From: Alphaproteobacteria bacterium
Lineage (GTDB): Bacteria > Pseudomonadota > Alphaproteobacteria > UBA828
Direction of reading: 5' to 3'
Length of the DNA: 64,000 nucleotides
Assembly: GCA_965214705.1 (NCBI GenBank)
Contig: OZ243972.1
Location: 256,001 to 320,000 of the forward strand
Made by a program: the position numbers and the translations under genes
Shown here: piece by piece, positions 27,661-37,920 of the stretch
Layout: every line of letters begins with the position of its first letter
How positions within the stretch are numbered: the stretch's first letter is position 1
Notes under the pieces: generated by a model
Databases searched by the model: none
The model's input: only the letters and a program-made list of their open reading frames with translations
Told to the model about the DNA's origin: nothing

Positions 27661-30600
27661 CTCGCGCGCTCACGGCGCTCCTCAACAAGTCCCCCTCGTA
27701 GTCAACCCAGATTCCGGCATGGGGTCTGCGTAACGCTTACTGCGAAGCGGAGCAGGCACGCGGCGCGGCGGAGGCGGCGAGGCAGACGGCGGAAGCGCGG
27801 GCGGCACGGCTGGAGGCCGAGAACGCGCAGAGCGCGGAGCAGATCAGCCGGCTTGAGCATCTCAACAAGGAGCTCAGGAAGGCGCTGTTCGGTCCGCGCT
27901 CCGAGAAGCTCGGCGAGGACGAGCGCCAGCTTACGTTCGAGGAGTTTTGGGCGGCGATCGCTGAAGCCGGCGGTCGGCCCGAGGCAGATGACCAGGAGCA
28001 GGACGAGGGGGCTGGCGGCAAGCGCCGGCGGCGCTCTTCCCGGGGGTCGCGCAGCGGGGTGCGCTTCGGGCCCCAGGTCGACCGGCGCGAGGAGGTGATC
28101 GAGCCGGACACGATCATGTGCCCCTGCGGCTGCGGCGAGATGACGAAGATCGGCGAGGACCGCAGCGAGCGGCTGGACTATGAGCCGGCGAAGTTCACCG
28201 TCATCGAGACCGTGCGCCCCCGCTACGCCTGCAACAAGTGCAAGGGGGGCGGGGTGGTGCAGTCGCCGGCGCCGGCCGCTCTGGTCGAGGGCGGCCTTCC
28301 CACCGAGGCTCTTCTGGCGCAGGTGCTGATCGCGAAGTACGGCGATCATTGCCCGCTCTATCGCCAGTCGCAGATCTACGAGCGCTCGGGGATCGAGGTT
28401 CACCGTGCGACGCTGGCGACGTGGGTGGGCCAGGCGTCGTTTCACCTGCGCCCCGTGGTCGCTTGCCTGGAGGATGAGCTGAAGAAGTCGGATCACCTGG
28501 GTCTGGACGAGACCACGATCCGCGTTCTCGACCCGGGCCGGGGCAAGACGAAGACGGGCTACATGTGGACCCTTGTGCGTGACGAGCGCCACTGGAGCGG
28601 CACGGACCCGCCGGGCGTCGTCTATCGCTATGCGCCCGGCCGCGGCGGCAAGTATGGCGCCGAGCTTATGGAGGGCTTTTCGGGGACGGTGCAGCTCGAC
28701 GGCTACTCGGGCCACAACATCCTGGCGCGGCCGGACCGGGCGGAAGGCCCTGTGACGCGGGCCCTCTGTTGGGCGCATGTAAGACGGAAGCTGAAAGAGG
28801 TATACGACTCGAGCGCATCGCCGATCGCGCTGGCCGGTCTGAATCGGATCGCGAAGCTCTATGCGATCGAGAAGAAGATCCGGGGCAAGCCGCCGGCGGA
28901 GCGCCGCGCGATCCGTTGGGAGGAGTCGGCGCCGATCGTGAACACCTTCGGTGTCTGGCTCGACGAGCAGCGCTCGCGCGTCTCACCGCGCTCGCGTCTC
29001 GGCGAGAAGCTGACCTATATCGCCAACCAGTGGGACGGGCTGCTGGAGTTCCTGCACGACGGTCGTGTCGAGATCGACTCGAACCTGGTGGAAAACCGAA
29101 TCCGGCCGCTGAAGCTCACCGCCAAGAACGCGCTCTTCGCCGGCAACGACGAGGGTGCGCAAGCCTGGGCCCGCATCGCCTCGCTGATCGAGACCTGCAA
29201 GATGAACGGCGTCGAGCCCTACGCCTGGATGCGGAGCACGCTCGAGAAGATCGCCAAGGGCCACCCGCAGTCGGGCATCCAGGAGCTTCTGCCGTGGAAC
29301 TTCCAGCCCGAGGCAAAATGACTCGCGCGCTCACGGCGCTCCTCAAGAAATCCCCGTCGTAGTCAAGCCAGATTCCGGTATGGGGTCTGCGTACCGCTTA
29401 CGGTGTAGCTGCGGTCGAGCTCGGCAATGTCGCGCGCCCTCCTGAAGGCGGCCTGCAAGGTCTCCGTTGCGATGGGCCTGTCGAGCGAGACGCCGTAGAA
29501 GAGCCAGCTCGTCGGACGCGGCCAGATGTTCCTGTAGTAGACGCGCAAGTAGTGGATGACGATGTCCGGCAACGGTGCCATTCTCTCGGTGCCGCCTTTG
29601 CCGGAGGGGATGTGCAGCAGCTTCTTCTCCGACAGGATGTCGCCGACCTTGATGGCCAAGGTCTCGGAGATGCGGAGCCCGCCGCCATAGCCGGTGACAA
29701 TGGCAGCACGGTGGCGGAGGTCGGGTGTCGCAAGGATGAGGTGCTCGACCTCCTGCTCCGACATGTAGCGCGGCAGCTTGCCGGGCTTCTTGCGGGAGCG
29801 CAGGCCGGCGACATGGTCAGGCCAGCCGAGTGTGTCGATGTAGAGGAAGTTCAGCGCGGCGAAGGAGACGTTGGTCGTGCCCGGACTGAGCCCCTTGTCG
29901 ATCCGCCCCAGGTACCACTGGCGCACCTGCTCGGCGTCGAGCTCGTCCGGCGAGGCGTCGTAGTACCTGGCCAGGTTCTTGATCTCGCAGATGTAGGCCT
30001 TGGACGTGCTCGCGGCCAGATTGGCGATGCGGAGCTGCTCCTCCATGCGCTGGCGAAGAGGGGTGACGGTGTTCGTGTCGCACGCGGTCCCGGTCATTAT
30101 CGATCTCCCTGGATCGCGACGGCGCGCCGCCGGACCGATCCGGCGACGGTCCGTCGCAGGGGTCGATACTAACCACTGGTGATCGGGAGGCTGCTGGGGA
30201 TCCGCCACCCGACGGGCGGAGCGCCACTGACGCAACCGGGAAGCGAACGCACAGAACAAACGGCACCCGCGACGCCTCGGAAATGAATGAACTCTACGCC
30301 GCTAACTCCGCGTAGCGGCTTCGTTCAAGACGCAATTGGTGGCTTCGCTTTCCGAATCGACGGGGCTTCCGAAGAGGGACGTCTCGGCGGTGCTCGACGA
30401 GTTGGGGCTTCTCATCGAGCGCCACATCAAGAAACGCGCCGTCGGCACCTTCACGCTTCCCGGCCTGTTGAGGATCACACGTGCGCGCAAGTCCGCCAGG
30501 AAGGCGCGGACGATGGTCTCGCCGCGCACGGGGGAGGAGATCCAGGTGCCCGCCAAGCCGGCCTCGACCGCGGTCAAGGTACGGCCGCTCGCGGGCCTCA

Positions 30601-30719
30601 AGCGGATGGTCGAATAGGGCGCTCCTCTCCACCGGGCCCGAACGGCGCCCGCATTGGGGGCGCGCTCTCCCTTGCGATAGATGCGATGCCGGCCGCCGTC
30701 GGCGCCGGTACTGCCGGGC

Positions 30720-30850
30720 GGATGCGCATCGCACCGCTCGGATCGGTTCGACATCCGTCGCCTGGGGCCCGCGCGCTCCCTGCTCCACCATGAGGTTCAC
30801 ACGCTGGCCGGGCTCCAGGGCGCCCAGGCCCGCCCGGCTCAACATAGCGA
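30720..30850 (-). pseudogene. 3' remnant of a cold-shock-domain protein
   Basis: 'LSRAGLGALEPGQRVNLMVEQGARGPQATDV' matches the C-terminus of 39394-40236. Confidence 0.75.
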
Positions 30851-30992
30851 CTGCCCATCGGGTCCAGCGTAGACAAGCCGGCTATTCACAGCGGGGACAA
30901 TTGCGGCTCTGTCGTTCAGATTGAGCCAAGACAATTCGACCTGACCTCGACGAGGGGGACCGACTCCGGCCCCCTGCCGAGCGGCGGAGACA

Positions 30993-31424
30993 CTAATACT
31001 GCATTGTCATCACGGCGACGGTGGACGTGCCGTCGACGGTGACGGCAGCGGAGTCGAAGCTCGGCGGCCCGAAGGCAGCGCTCGCGTCGTTCCCGAACGC
31101 ATATCCTTCCGAGGGGATCCCGCGTTCGTCCGTGTCGAGCTTGCCGTTGTCGTTTTCGTCATGGAACGCGGTCATCGCGTACCGTCCCGGAGCGAGGTCG
31201 TGCACCACGAATCGCACTGTCCCGGCGCGGGCGGGCTCGCGGAACCCTTCGACCGCATCGGTTGCGGCGGGGAAGGAGGCCTTCTTCTCCGGCCCGTGAA
31301 CGGCGAGGTAGAGCCGTCCGTCGTCGGAGCGGATCCCGTGCACCTCGATGGAAAGGTCGGCGGCAGCGGCTTCAACGCTGACGAGTGCGGCCACGGCGGC
31401 GGCGGCGAGCAATCCGATCATCAT
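30993..31424 (-). CDS. Secreted DUF2141-family protein
   Basis: Signal peptide; 'PGRYAMTAFHDENDNGKLD...GIPSEGYAFGND...GPPSF'. Confidence 0.8.
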   Translation of the reverse strand: MMIGLLAAAAVAALVSVEAAAADLSIEVHGIRSDDGRLYLAVHGPEKKASFPAATDAVEGFREPARAGTVRFVVHDLAPGRYAMTAFHDENDNGKLDTDERGIPSEGYAFGNDASAAFGPPSFDSAAVTVDGTSTVAVMTMQY

Positions 31425-31564
31425 GACAGCACCTCCTGTTTCGGGCGATCCGGCCGGCCGCACCCCTGTGCGGCCTCACAGCGCGTCCATGCTCGACGGC
31501 GAGGTCTGCCGCCCGCAATGGCAAGTTCGTGAAATTCAGGACTTCTTCGCGAACGGTTCCATGT

Positions 31565-31967
31565 GTGCGATTCGCGCTTCGCGAGTGGCGGGCGAATTCG
31601 CATGGGGACGAGCGGAAAAGATCTCCGCAGATGGGGCGGCGAGTTCGATGGGAAGGGAGCCATGAGGAGCGAAGACCCAGTGGCGAGCCTCGCGACACGG
31701 TCGGCGACGAACGGCCCGCAGGGTCAGGGGATGTGCACCCCTTGACGGCCAGATCGGAGAGCCCGATCACCTGCGCTCGTCGTCGCAGGCGCTGCCCGTG
31801 TGCAAGACGCATGATACCACTGGAGAGCCCGGTGCTCGAAATGGGCACGCCGGGTTCGCAGAGCGGGGACTGGAAACGCGGTCAGGGGAGCCGGAATGAG
31901 GCCCGGAGCGAAAGCAACGGACCAGCCACCGGACCCTACGGCTGGCGCGCCAGTCCTCGACTCTTAT
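31565..31967 (+). ncRNA. Group II intron remnant or ORF-less intron (domains V-VI clear)
   Basis: Domain V GAGAGCCCGGTGCTCGAAATGGGCACGCCGGGTTCG (31823-31858, AGC triad); domain VI GGGGACTGG...CCAGTCCTCGACTCTTAT ending at 31967. The candidate 5' GTGCG at 31565 is uncertain. Confidence 0.75.
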
Positions 31968-32641
31968 GAGGTGTTCAAAGTCAAGCCGGGAAGCCTGTTG
32001 CGTCTACCGCAGATCGTGTCCTCTCTGAGTTGGCGCGGTCGTCGGCTGGTCCTTCCGGGTCGGAACGCTTTTCGCATCGGTCGTGCGCCTGTGCCCGTAC
32101 CCAACTCTTATCCGGGTGGTTGCCAGCGGCGGGGCGCTAGCCCCATCCCACTTGCTGCGGGCACAGCATTCCGGAGGTGGGGCCCTACTCTACCCTTTCG
32201 CGGTGTCCTCATTCTTTCCACGCTCAAGCGCGACGAATTGATCCGCGAAGGGCGTCAGGACGAGGTCGAAAGCATGGTGCAGGCGGGTAAGGAGACCCAA
32301 TCGGAGCTGCTTTCCGCCGATTGAGCGACGGGTATGTGCCGGGCACCTCTCATATTGCCCGCTTCGCATCGGGGTCGGGGTTCCGGGATCGAGCGATTCG
32401 ACAGTTCTGTCGGCACAGTTTAATCGGCCAGAGAACCTTGGTTGAGCTGGCCAGCGCATCAGGACCGGCATGCCGGTCCTAATGCAAACAAGTCGGGATT
32501 CTCTCGGATCCGGTGGTCCAATATCAGGGGCAAGTCCGATCCACCTCGTTCCATGAACAGCGGTGGACCAATCCAATAGGGGAGGGTCTGTTCGCTGCCA
32601 CAGGATACGACCGCGCGTGATCAAGAAGCTCTGGGCGGCCC

Positions 32642-33526
32642 TCAGCCGCGAACGGTGACCGGATCGACGATGTTGAGGCGGGTGATGTAGCGTTGGAAGA
32701 TCAAGGCCATGATCACGGGCGGGATGATCGAGAGTGTGCTCGCAGCCGCGAATACCACCATCGGGGTGAGCCCGAGCGCACCGATCGGCGACACCCCGAT
32801 CAGCGCCGGCGACAAGGTTTGCCACTTGCCGCCGCCGGTCAGAATAATGGCGAACAGAAGCTCGTTCCAGGCGAACAGGAAAGCGATTATGAAGGCGGCG
32901 CTGATGCCGGGCGCCGCCATTGGCAGCATGACGTACCACAGCACTTTCAGTCTGCTGCAACCGTCCAATCGGGCAGCGCGCTCGACCTCGAGCGGCAGGG
33001 TCGCGAAGTATCCCATCAGCACCCACGCCAGGAGCGGGATGATGGCGGTCAGATAGGTGATGATCAGCGAGACCGGATTGCCGATCAAGCCGACTTGCCT
33101 GAACAGCGTGAAGTAAGGAATGAGGATCGCGACCGGCGGCAGGACGCGGGTCAGCAGCAACGCGAACAGGAAGCCGGTCTTGCCACGAAACTCAAACCGG
33201 CCAAACGCGTAGCCGGCCAGCGTCGCGATAGCCGTCGCGATGACCGCCGTCGGCACCGCCACAAGTAGGCTGTTGATGAAGCCAACGCCTACCGCCCTGG
33301 TTTGGGCGCCGAAGATCGCGTCGTACCCCTCATCGTCCCCGGCCAGCCCGACGACGCGACGGTAGTTTTGCAGCGTTGGATCCTCAAGCCACTTGACAAT
33401 GCCCTGGTTCAGTTCGGCCGTCTGCATGAACGAGGCCCACAACAGCCAGAAGAACGGGCCGACCGTCCAGATGCCGACGATGATCGCCGCGATAATGATC
33501 AAGCGCTTCTGGCGGCCGTAGTCCAT
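32642..33526 (-). CDS. Carbohydrate ABC transporter permease (MalG type)
   Basis: EAA loop 'EVERAARLDGCS', 'FAWNELLFA'. Confidence 0.9.
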   Translation of the reverse strand: MDYGRQKRLIIIAAIIVGIWTVGPFFWLLWASFMQTAELNQGIVKWLEDPTLQNYRRVVGLAGDDEGYDAIFGAQTRAVGVGFINSLLVAVPTAVIATAIATLAGYAFGRFEFRGKTGFLFALLLTRVLPPVAILIPYFTLFRQVGLIGNPVSLIITYLTAIIPLLAWVLMGYFATLPLEVERAARLDGCSRLKVLWYVMLPMAAPGISAAFIIAFLFAWNELLFAIILTGGGKWQTLSPALIGVSPIGALGLTPMVVFAAASTLSIIPPVIMALIFQRYITRLNIVDPVTVRG

Positions 33527-33533
33527 GCCGGAT

Positions 33534-34478
33534 TCAGACGGCGGGTGCCGCTTTGACCTCGTCGACGGCGCGAGTCACGTGGCGGCGCCGCGACAGCAGA
33601 AAGAAGTATGCGCACGCGAGAATCGTCGCGATGATGATGAGAATGAACGAGGTCGCGGAGGCCAACCCGTATTGTGAGAGGTTGAAGTTGAAACGGTAGA
33701 TCTGCATCGGCAGCACCAGAGTCACGGTCCCCGGCCCGCCGGCGGTGAAGGCGAACACCAGATCGAACTGGCGGAAGGCATCGACGGTCATCACCACCAG
33801 AACGATCAGCACCGCGTACCGGATATGCGGCAAGGTCACGTACCAGAAGCGCGCGATCGGACCCGCGCCGTCGATGCGGGCCGCCCCGTAAAGCGCTTTC
33901 GGGATGCTCTGAAGCGCCGCCAGGAAGAAGAAGGCGCCTAGCGGTGCGATGTGCCAAACGAAGGCGACGGCGACCCAGAACAGCGCCCAGTCCTCGTTGA
34001 GCCAAACGAAGCCCTCCTCGACGATGCCGAGCGGCACAAGGATGCCGTTGAACACGCCCCAACCGGGATCGATCATCATCGTCCACAGCCCAGCGGTCAC
34101 GATCTCCGAGATCGCCCAAGGCATCAGCACCAGGGCCCGCAACAACCCGCGCAGCGGAAAGTCCATGTCGAGGACCAGCGCGATCGCGAGCGAGAGTACG
34201 AACGAGAGCACCGTCACTATTGCTGCGAACCACAGGCTGCGCCACGTGGCGTCGATGACGTCCTCGTTCTCAAGCGCCTCCTGCCACAGATCGAACCCGA
34301 CGTATTCCTGAGACCGCAAGATGATGTTGGTCTCGTGCAGGCTGAGCCAGAAGGAATAGGCCAGCGGCGCTCCGATGATCAAGAGGTGGAAGGCCAGCAC
34401 CGCTGCCACGATGGCGAACGCGAACTGGCCATCGGTCATGTAGCCGCCCCGCAGCGTCATTTGCCTGATAGAGGCCAA
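33534..34478 (-). CDS. Carbohydrate ABC transporter permease (MalF type)
   Basis: 'LAALQSIPKALYGAARIDGA', 'TAGGPG'. Confidence 0.9.
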   Translation of the reverse strand: MASIRQMTLRGGYMTDGQFAFAIVAAVLAFHLLIIGAPLAYSFWLSLHETNIILRSQEYVGFDLWQEALENEDVIDATWRSLWFAAIVTVLSFVLSLAIALVLDMDFPLRGLLRALVLMPWAISEIVTAGLWTMMIDPGWGVFNGILVPLGIVEEGFVWLNEDWALFWVAVAFVWHIAPLGAFFFLAALQSIPKALYGAARIDGAGPIARFWYVTLPHIRYAVLIVLVVMTVDAFRQFDLVFAFTAGGPGTVTLVLPMQIYRFNFNLSQYGLASATSFILIIIATILACAYFFLLSRRRHVTRAVDEVKAAPAV

Positions 34479-34488
34479 GGCTTGCCAC

Positions 34489-35589
34489 CTACTGCGGATG
34501 GACCCGCCGTCCGACTGAATCGAACAGGTAGATCTTCTCCGCAGGCAGAACGAGCAGGATTGTTTCGCCGACCCTTACAACCCGGTCGGGCTGGGTACGG
34601 ACCTTGAACAGCGTCCGTGATTCCCCGCCCGACTGATCGAACGAAATATCGAGAAACAGATCCGAGCCCACTGGCTCGGTTGCGAACACGATACCGTTGA
34701 CCGCGCCATCGCCGCTCGGCGCCTCGATTTCCACGCTCTCCGCTCGGATGCCGAGAGTGACGGCCGGATCCGAGACCGCGTTGTAGAGGGATTCGGGCAG
34801 CGGCAAAAAGAACTCCGGAGCCTGGAACCCGTGGGCGCCATTGCACTCGGCCATTCGGCCCGCGATGAAGTTCATGCCGGGATCGCCAAGGAAGTTCGCC
34901 ACCAACCTGTTGGCCGGGCGGCGGTAGACATCATCGGGCGAGCCATATTGCTGAATGCGCCCTGCGTCCATGACGGCGATGCGATCCGCCATCGTCAGCG
35001 CTTCGACTTGATCGTGGGTCACATAGATGAAGGTGGCGCCAAGGCGCTCGTGCAACTTCTTCAGTTCGACGCGCATCTCGACCCTGAGTTTGGCATCGAG
35101 GCTCGACAGCGGCTCATCGAACAGGAACACCGCCGGGTCGCGAACGACGGCCCGTCCCAGCGCAATGCGCTGGCGCTGGCCGCCCGAGAGCTCGTGGACG
35201 CGCCGGTTCAGCAACTCACCGACATGCAGCAGTTCGCTTACCTCCTGCACGCGTCGAGCGATCTCCGGCCGTGGCATCCGCGCCATCTTGAGCGGGAAAC
35301 CGATATTCTGTGCGACCGTCATGTGGGGATAAAGCGCGATGCTTTGAAAAACCATCGCGATGTCGCGCTTGTCGGGCGGCACCCGTTCGACCGACCGCTC
35401 GGCGATGCGGATGGATCCCGCGGTCGGAATCTCCAGACCCGCGATCATGTTGAGCGTCGTGGTCTTGCCGCAACCCGAAGGCCCCAGCAAGACCACGAAC
35501 TCACCGTTTCCGACCCTCAGGTCGATGTTGTCGACGGCGAGGGTGTTACCAAAGCGTTTGGTAACACCCTCAAGCGCTACCTCCGCCAT
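34489..35589 (-). CDS. ABC transporter ATP-binding protein (MalK type)
   Basis: 'GPSGCGKTT', 'LSGGQRQR', 'FDEPLSSLD', 'YVTHDQVEA'. Confidence 0.92.
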   Translation of the reverse strand: MAEVALEGVTKRFGNTLAVDNIDLRVGNGEFVVLLGPSGCGKTTTLNMIAGLEIPTAGSIRIAERSVERVPPDKRDIAMVFQSIALYPHMTVAQNIGFPLKMARMPRPEIARRVQEVSELLHVGELLNRRVHELSGGQRQRIALGRAVVRDPAVFLFDEPLSSLDAKLRVEMRVELKKLHERLGATFIYVTHDQVEALTMADRIAVMDAGRIQQYGSPDDVYRRPANRLVANFLGDPGMNFIAGRMAECNGAHGFQAPEFFLPLPESLYNAVSDPAVTLGIRAESVEIEAPSGDGAVNGIVFATEPVGSDLFLDISFDQSGGESRTLFKVRTQPDRVVRVGETILLVLPAEKIYLFDSVGRRVHPQ

Positions 35590-35608
35590 TGCTGATCGCT
35601 GCGACGAT

Positions 35609-37003
35609 TCAGGTGTACTTGCTCTGCAGCTTATCCCAGAGCTTGCGCAGTTTACGCGCAACCTCTTTTGGCGTGGCGTCGCCTTTCAGCAGGAGATCGT
35701 TCGAGATCATGTCATGCATCGGCAACATCCACTCCTCGAACCATGCTGCCTTCAGCATATTGCAGGCCATGGCCCGCGCCCGGCCCTCGTTTTGCCACTG
35801 GTACTGTAGCTCGCCGAGTTCGGGGTGCATCCATTTCATGACGGCCGCCTTGGCCTCCGGATCCTCATAAATGGACTCGAACGGCACCTGGAGATTAGCC
35901 TTCATCACCCACTTCTTGTGGGTATGGTACACACCCTCATGGTTCTTGTAGCCGAAGAACTGCGCCAGCTTCCACACCCGCAACAGGTCCTCTTCACTGC
36001 GCTCGCGATTGCGAATGGCAACGAAGGCGTGCCCGACTAGAACAGTGTCCTGGGTAGCACCGGGCATGACCGGGTTCATATTGTTGTAGGGGCCGACGGC
36101 GCCCGACTTGTCCCCGTAAGAGAACACCTGATAGTCCTGGAACGGATGGAAGGCGTGTTTTCCCGAGACCCAGGCATCATTCATCGGGCCTTCCTGCATG
36201 GTCAGGATGCCGCGCGGCACCAGACCCTCGTCCCACCACTGCTTCCAGTCCGTCATGACCTTCACGAACATCGAGTTCTCGTCGAAGGTGGCGTTCAGCC
36301 CGTCGTCGACCAGGTACTCACCCTCGGAATAGCAGTGTGAGAACAGGTTCCAGGGGATGCCGCCCCAGGCATTGTTCCAGTTCATCAAAAGCGGTTCTTC
36401 GCTGATCCCCCTCTTCTTGAGGTCGCGGCAGATATCGGCGACCTCTTCCCACGTCTGAGGATAGTCCGCGGGGTTCGTGGTGCCGCCATAACCGCCGGCG
36501 GCCAGCACCTTCTCGTTACGATAGAGGCAGCAGGGCCCGCCGTTGTAATAGGTGAGCGCCATGAACTTGCCGTCCGGCGCGCGCGAATCGTCCGCTACGC
36601 CCTTCTGCATCTCGGATTCGATCTGATCGAATCCGGGTAGATCATCGATCGGCCGGATCCAGCCTGCGGCGTACCACCGCGAGGCCTGACCGCGCCCCGT
36701 ATAGAACATGTCGACCTGGGCGTTCGAAGCGAGCTGGGTCTCGACCACCGCCGGATAATCGCCGGTTATGACCCGCGCATCGACGTCCTCGCCGTAGGCC
36801 TCATTGAAGGCCTCGACGTTGCCAAGCACGATCTCGCTGCCGAACGGCCAGAACAGGAAAACCAGCCGATCACGGGCATGCGCGCGACGGATGAACGGTC
36901 CGGTGGACGCGGTGACCGCCGCCAGCCCTGCGGCACCTTTGAGAATACTGCGACGGGTCTTCCCAGCCGCCAGAATTTTGGTCTTGGGTTGTAAAATCTC
37001 CAT
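35609..37003 (-). CDS. Extracellular solute-binding protein (family 1) with Tat signal
   Basis: 'TRRSILKGAAG' twin-arginine motif; first gene of the ABC operon. Confidence 0.8.
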   Translation of the reverse strand: MEILQPKTKILAAGKTRRSILKGAAGLAAVTASTGPFIRRAHARDRLVFLFWPFGSEIVLGNVEAFNEAYGEDVDARVITGDYPAVVETQLASNAQVDMFYTGRGQASRWYAAGWIRPIDDLPGFDQIESEMQKGVADDSRAPDGKFMALTYYNGGPCCLYRNEKVLAAGGYGGTTNPADYPQTWEEVADICRDLKKRGISEEPLLMNWNNAWGGIPWNLFSHCYSEGEYLVDDGLNATFDENSMFVKVMTDWKQWWDEGLVPRGILTMQEGPMNDAWVSGKHAFHPFQDYQVFSYGDKSGAVGPYNNMNPVMPGATQDTVLVGHAFVAIRNRERSEEDLLRVWKLAQFFGYKNHEGVYHTHKKWVMKANLQVPFESIYEDPEAKAAVMKWMHPELGELQYQWQNEGRARAMACNMLKAAWFEEWMLPMHDMISNDLLLKGDATPKEVARKLRKLWDKLQSKYT

Positions 37004-37334
37004 CTGTGAGCCCTCCCGATTGCGCGCAGTATCCGGTGCGGTTCCCGCGCACGTCCCATAGTTCTTTGCGACCTTGCGCCGAGATTTTCAAGAAACCCTG
37101 CTCCCTTCGACTCGGGTTGTCAACGGCCCCTCGCGAGGCGTGCAGGACTATCCCACGCTCCAGAATTTGGGGCATGTGCCCCGATTTTCTCGCGCGTAGC
37201 GTTGCGCCCGTGCGGCCAGATATCGTCTGTTGGTCCGGGCGCGCGCGCTCTCACCAAGCAGATCGAGGCGCACGACCCAGCGCCGGTACCGCGCCCTCGC
37301 CGCTGGCCATGCGAAAGCTCAAGGAGGACGACTG

Positions 37335-37560
37335 ATGTACCTGCGACACTTCGCCTTCGCCCGCCTACCCTTCGAGACCCCGGCGGAGACCGACGAACTC
37401 TTTGAACTCCAGCACCCGCCGCGAGGCCGAGGCCAAGCGCGGCCACCTCGTCGAATTGCGCGGCATCGGCATGCTCACAGGCGAGGTGGTGAGAGGGCAA
37501 GACAACGGGCTGCCGCAACCTCACCGCCTAGTGCCACCAGGGCCTCTACAGCGTCCACTA
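37335..37560 (+). pseudogene. Frameshifted remnant of an ExeA-like AAA ATPase (transposon-associated type)
   Basis: 'MYLRHFAFARLPF' followed in another frame by 'HLVELRGIGMLTGEV' and a degenerate Walker A. Confidence 0.6.
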
Positions 37561-37579
37561 GGTCTCGCTTACCACACCC

Positions 37580-37920
37580 GGCAACTGGCCACCGCTCTCG
37601 AACGCCTTCGGGCGGAGGCGGGATACCCGGCGGAAGAACTCGAGGGCTGAGTGTTCCCGTCCCCGACGAGCGAACTGGGGTATATCGTGGAGCTTTTGCA
37701 TCCCTACACCCGCATCAGCCGGGCGGCCGGAACGAATTTCTGGTTCCATGGCCTGTGCAACTGCTTCATCACCGTGGCCGAGCGCGAGTTGATGCTGCCG
37801 CGCTCGCTGACCAAGCGATTGGTCAACCACGCTTGGCCTTCTGACGTGACCGAAGGCTACGCGGCGGACTGAACCTTGGAGCAACTCCGTGAGGCCGCGC
37901 AGCGCATCGCCGGTCGCTCC
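37580..37920 (+). pseudogene. C-terminal remnant of the same tyrosine integrase family as 9379 and 55599
   Basis: 'FWFHGLCNCFITVAERELMLPRSLTKRLVNHAWPSDVTEGYAAD*' with TGG->TGA stops and loss of the catalytic Arg. Confidence 0.85.

Larger units (their letters stand above)
24812..27740 (+). mobile_element. IS66-family element B (inner, intact)
   Basis: Ends GTAAGCG...CGCTTAC; 8-bp TSD TGCGAAGC (24804-24811 and 27741-27748). Confidence 0.92.
24669..29321 (+). pseudogene. tnpC: IS66 TnpC of element A, interrupted by element B
   Basis: 5' part 24669-24811 (MPKVTPSP...) and 3' part 27749-29321 are near-identical to the intact TnpC at 25945-27660. Confidence 0.9.
23713..29401 (+). mobile_element. 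IS66-family element A (outer; interrupted by element B)
   Basis: TIRs GTAAGCGGTA...CCCCATAC (19/24); 8-bp TSD GGTGTAGC (23705-23712 and 29402-29409). Confidence 0.92.
23522..30097 (-). pseudogene. Tyrosine recombinase of the IS91-like element, split by IS66
   Basis: N-part 30097-29402 ('PLRQRM', 'GLRISE', 'GKGG') and C-part 23712-23522 ('[13 protein letters not shown]', 'LGH..TT.HY') rejoin as [11 protein letters not shown] across the 8-bp TSD. Confidence 0.9.
21967..30329 (-). mobile_element. IS91-like rolling-circle element carrying a tyrosine recombinase and a Y2 HUH transposase (with nested IS66s)
   Basis: CAAG at both junctions; 14-bp inverted repeat TTGAACGAAGCCGC (22012-22025 and 30315-30328); terminal hairpins; exact HU frame restoration on removal. 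Confidence 0.85.
21913..30617 (+). pseudogene. HU-family DNA-binding protein gene split by an IS91-like element
   Basis: 21913-21966 (MAVSPPRKATALKKAMTK) joins in frame to 30330-30617 (TQLVASLSESTGL...SPRTGEEIQVPAK). Confidence 0.85.

Noticed and set aside
32190-32324. Protein-like 3' fragment 'LKRDELIREGRQDEVESM...'
   Set aside because: No start or recognisable family; cannot be supported.
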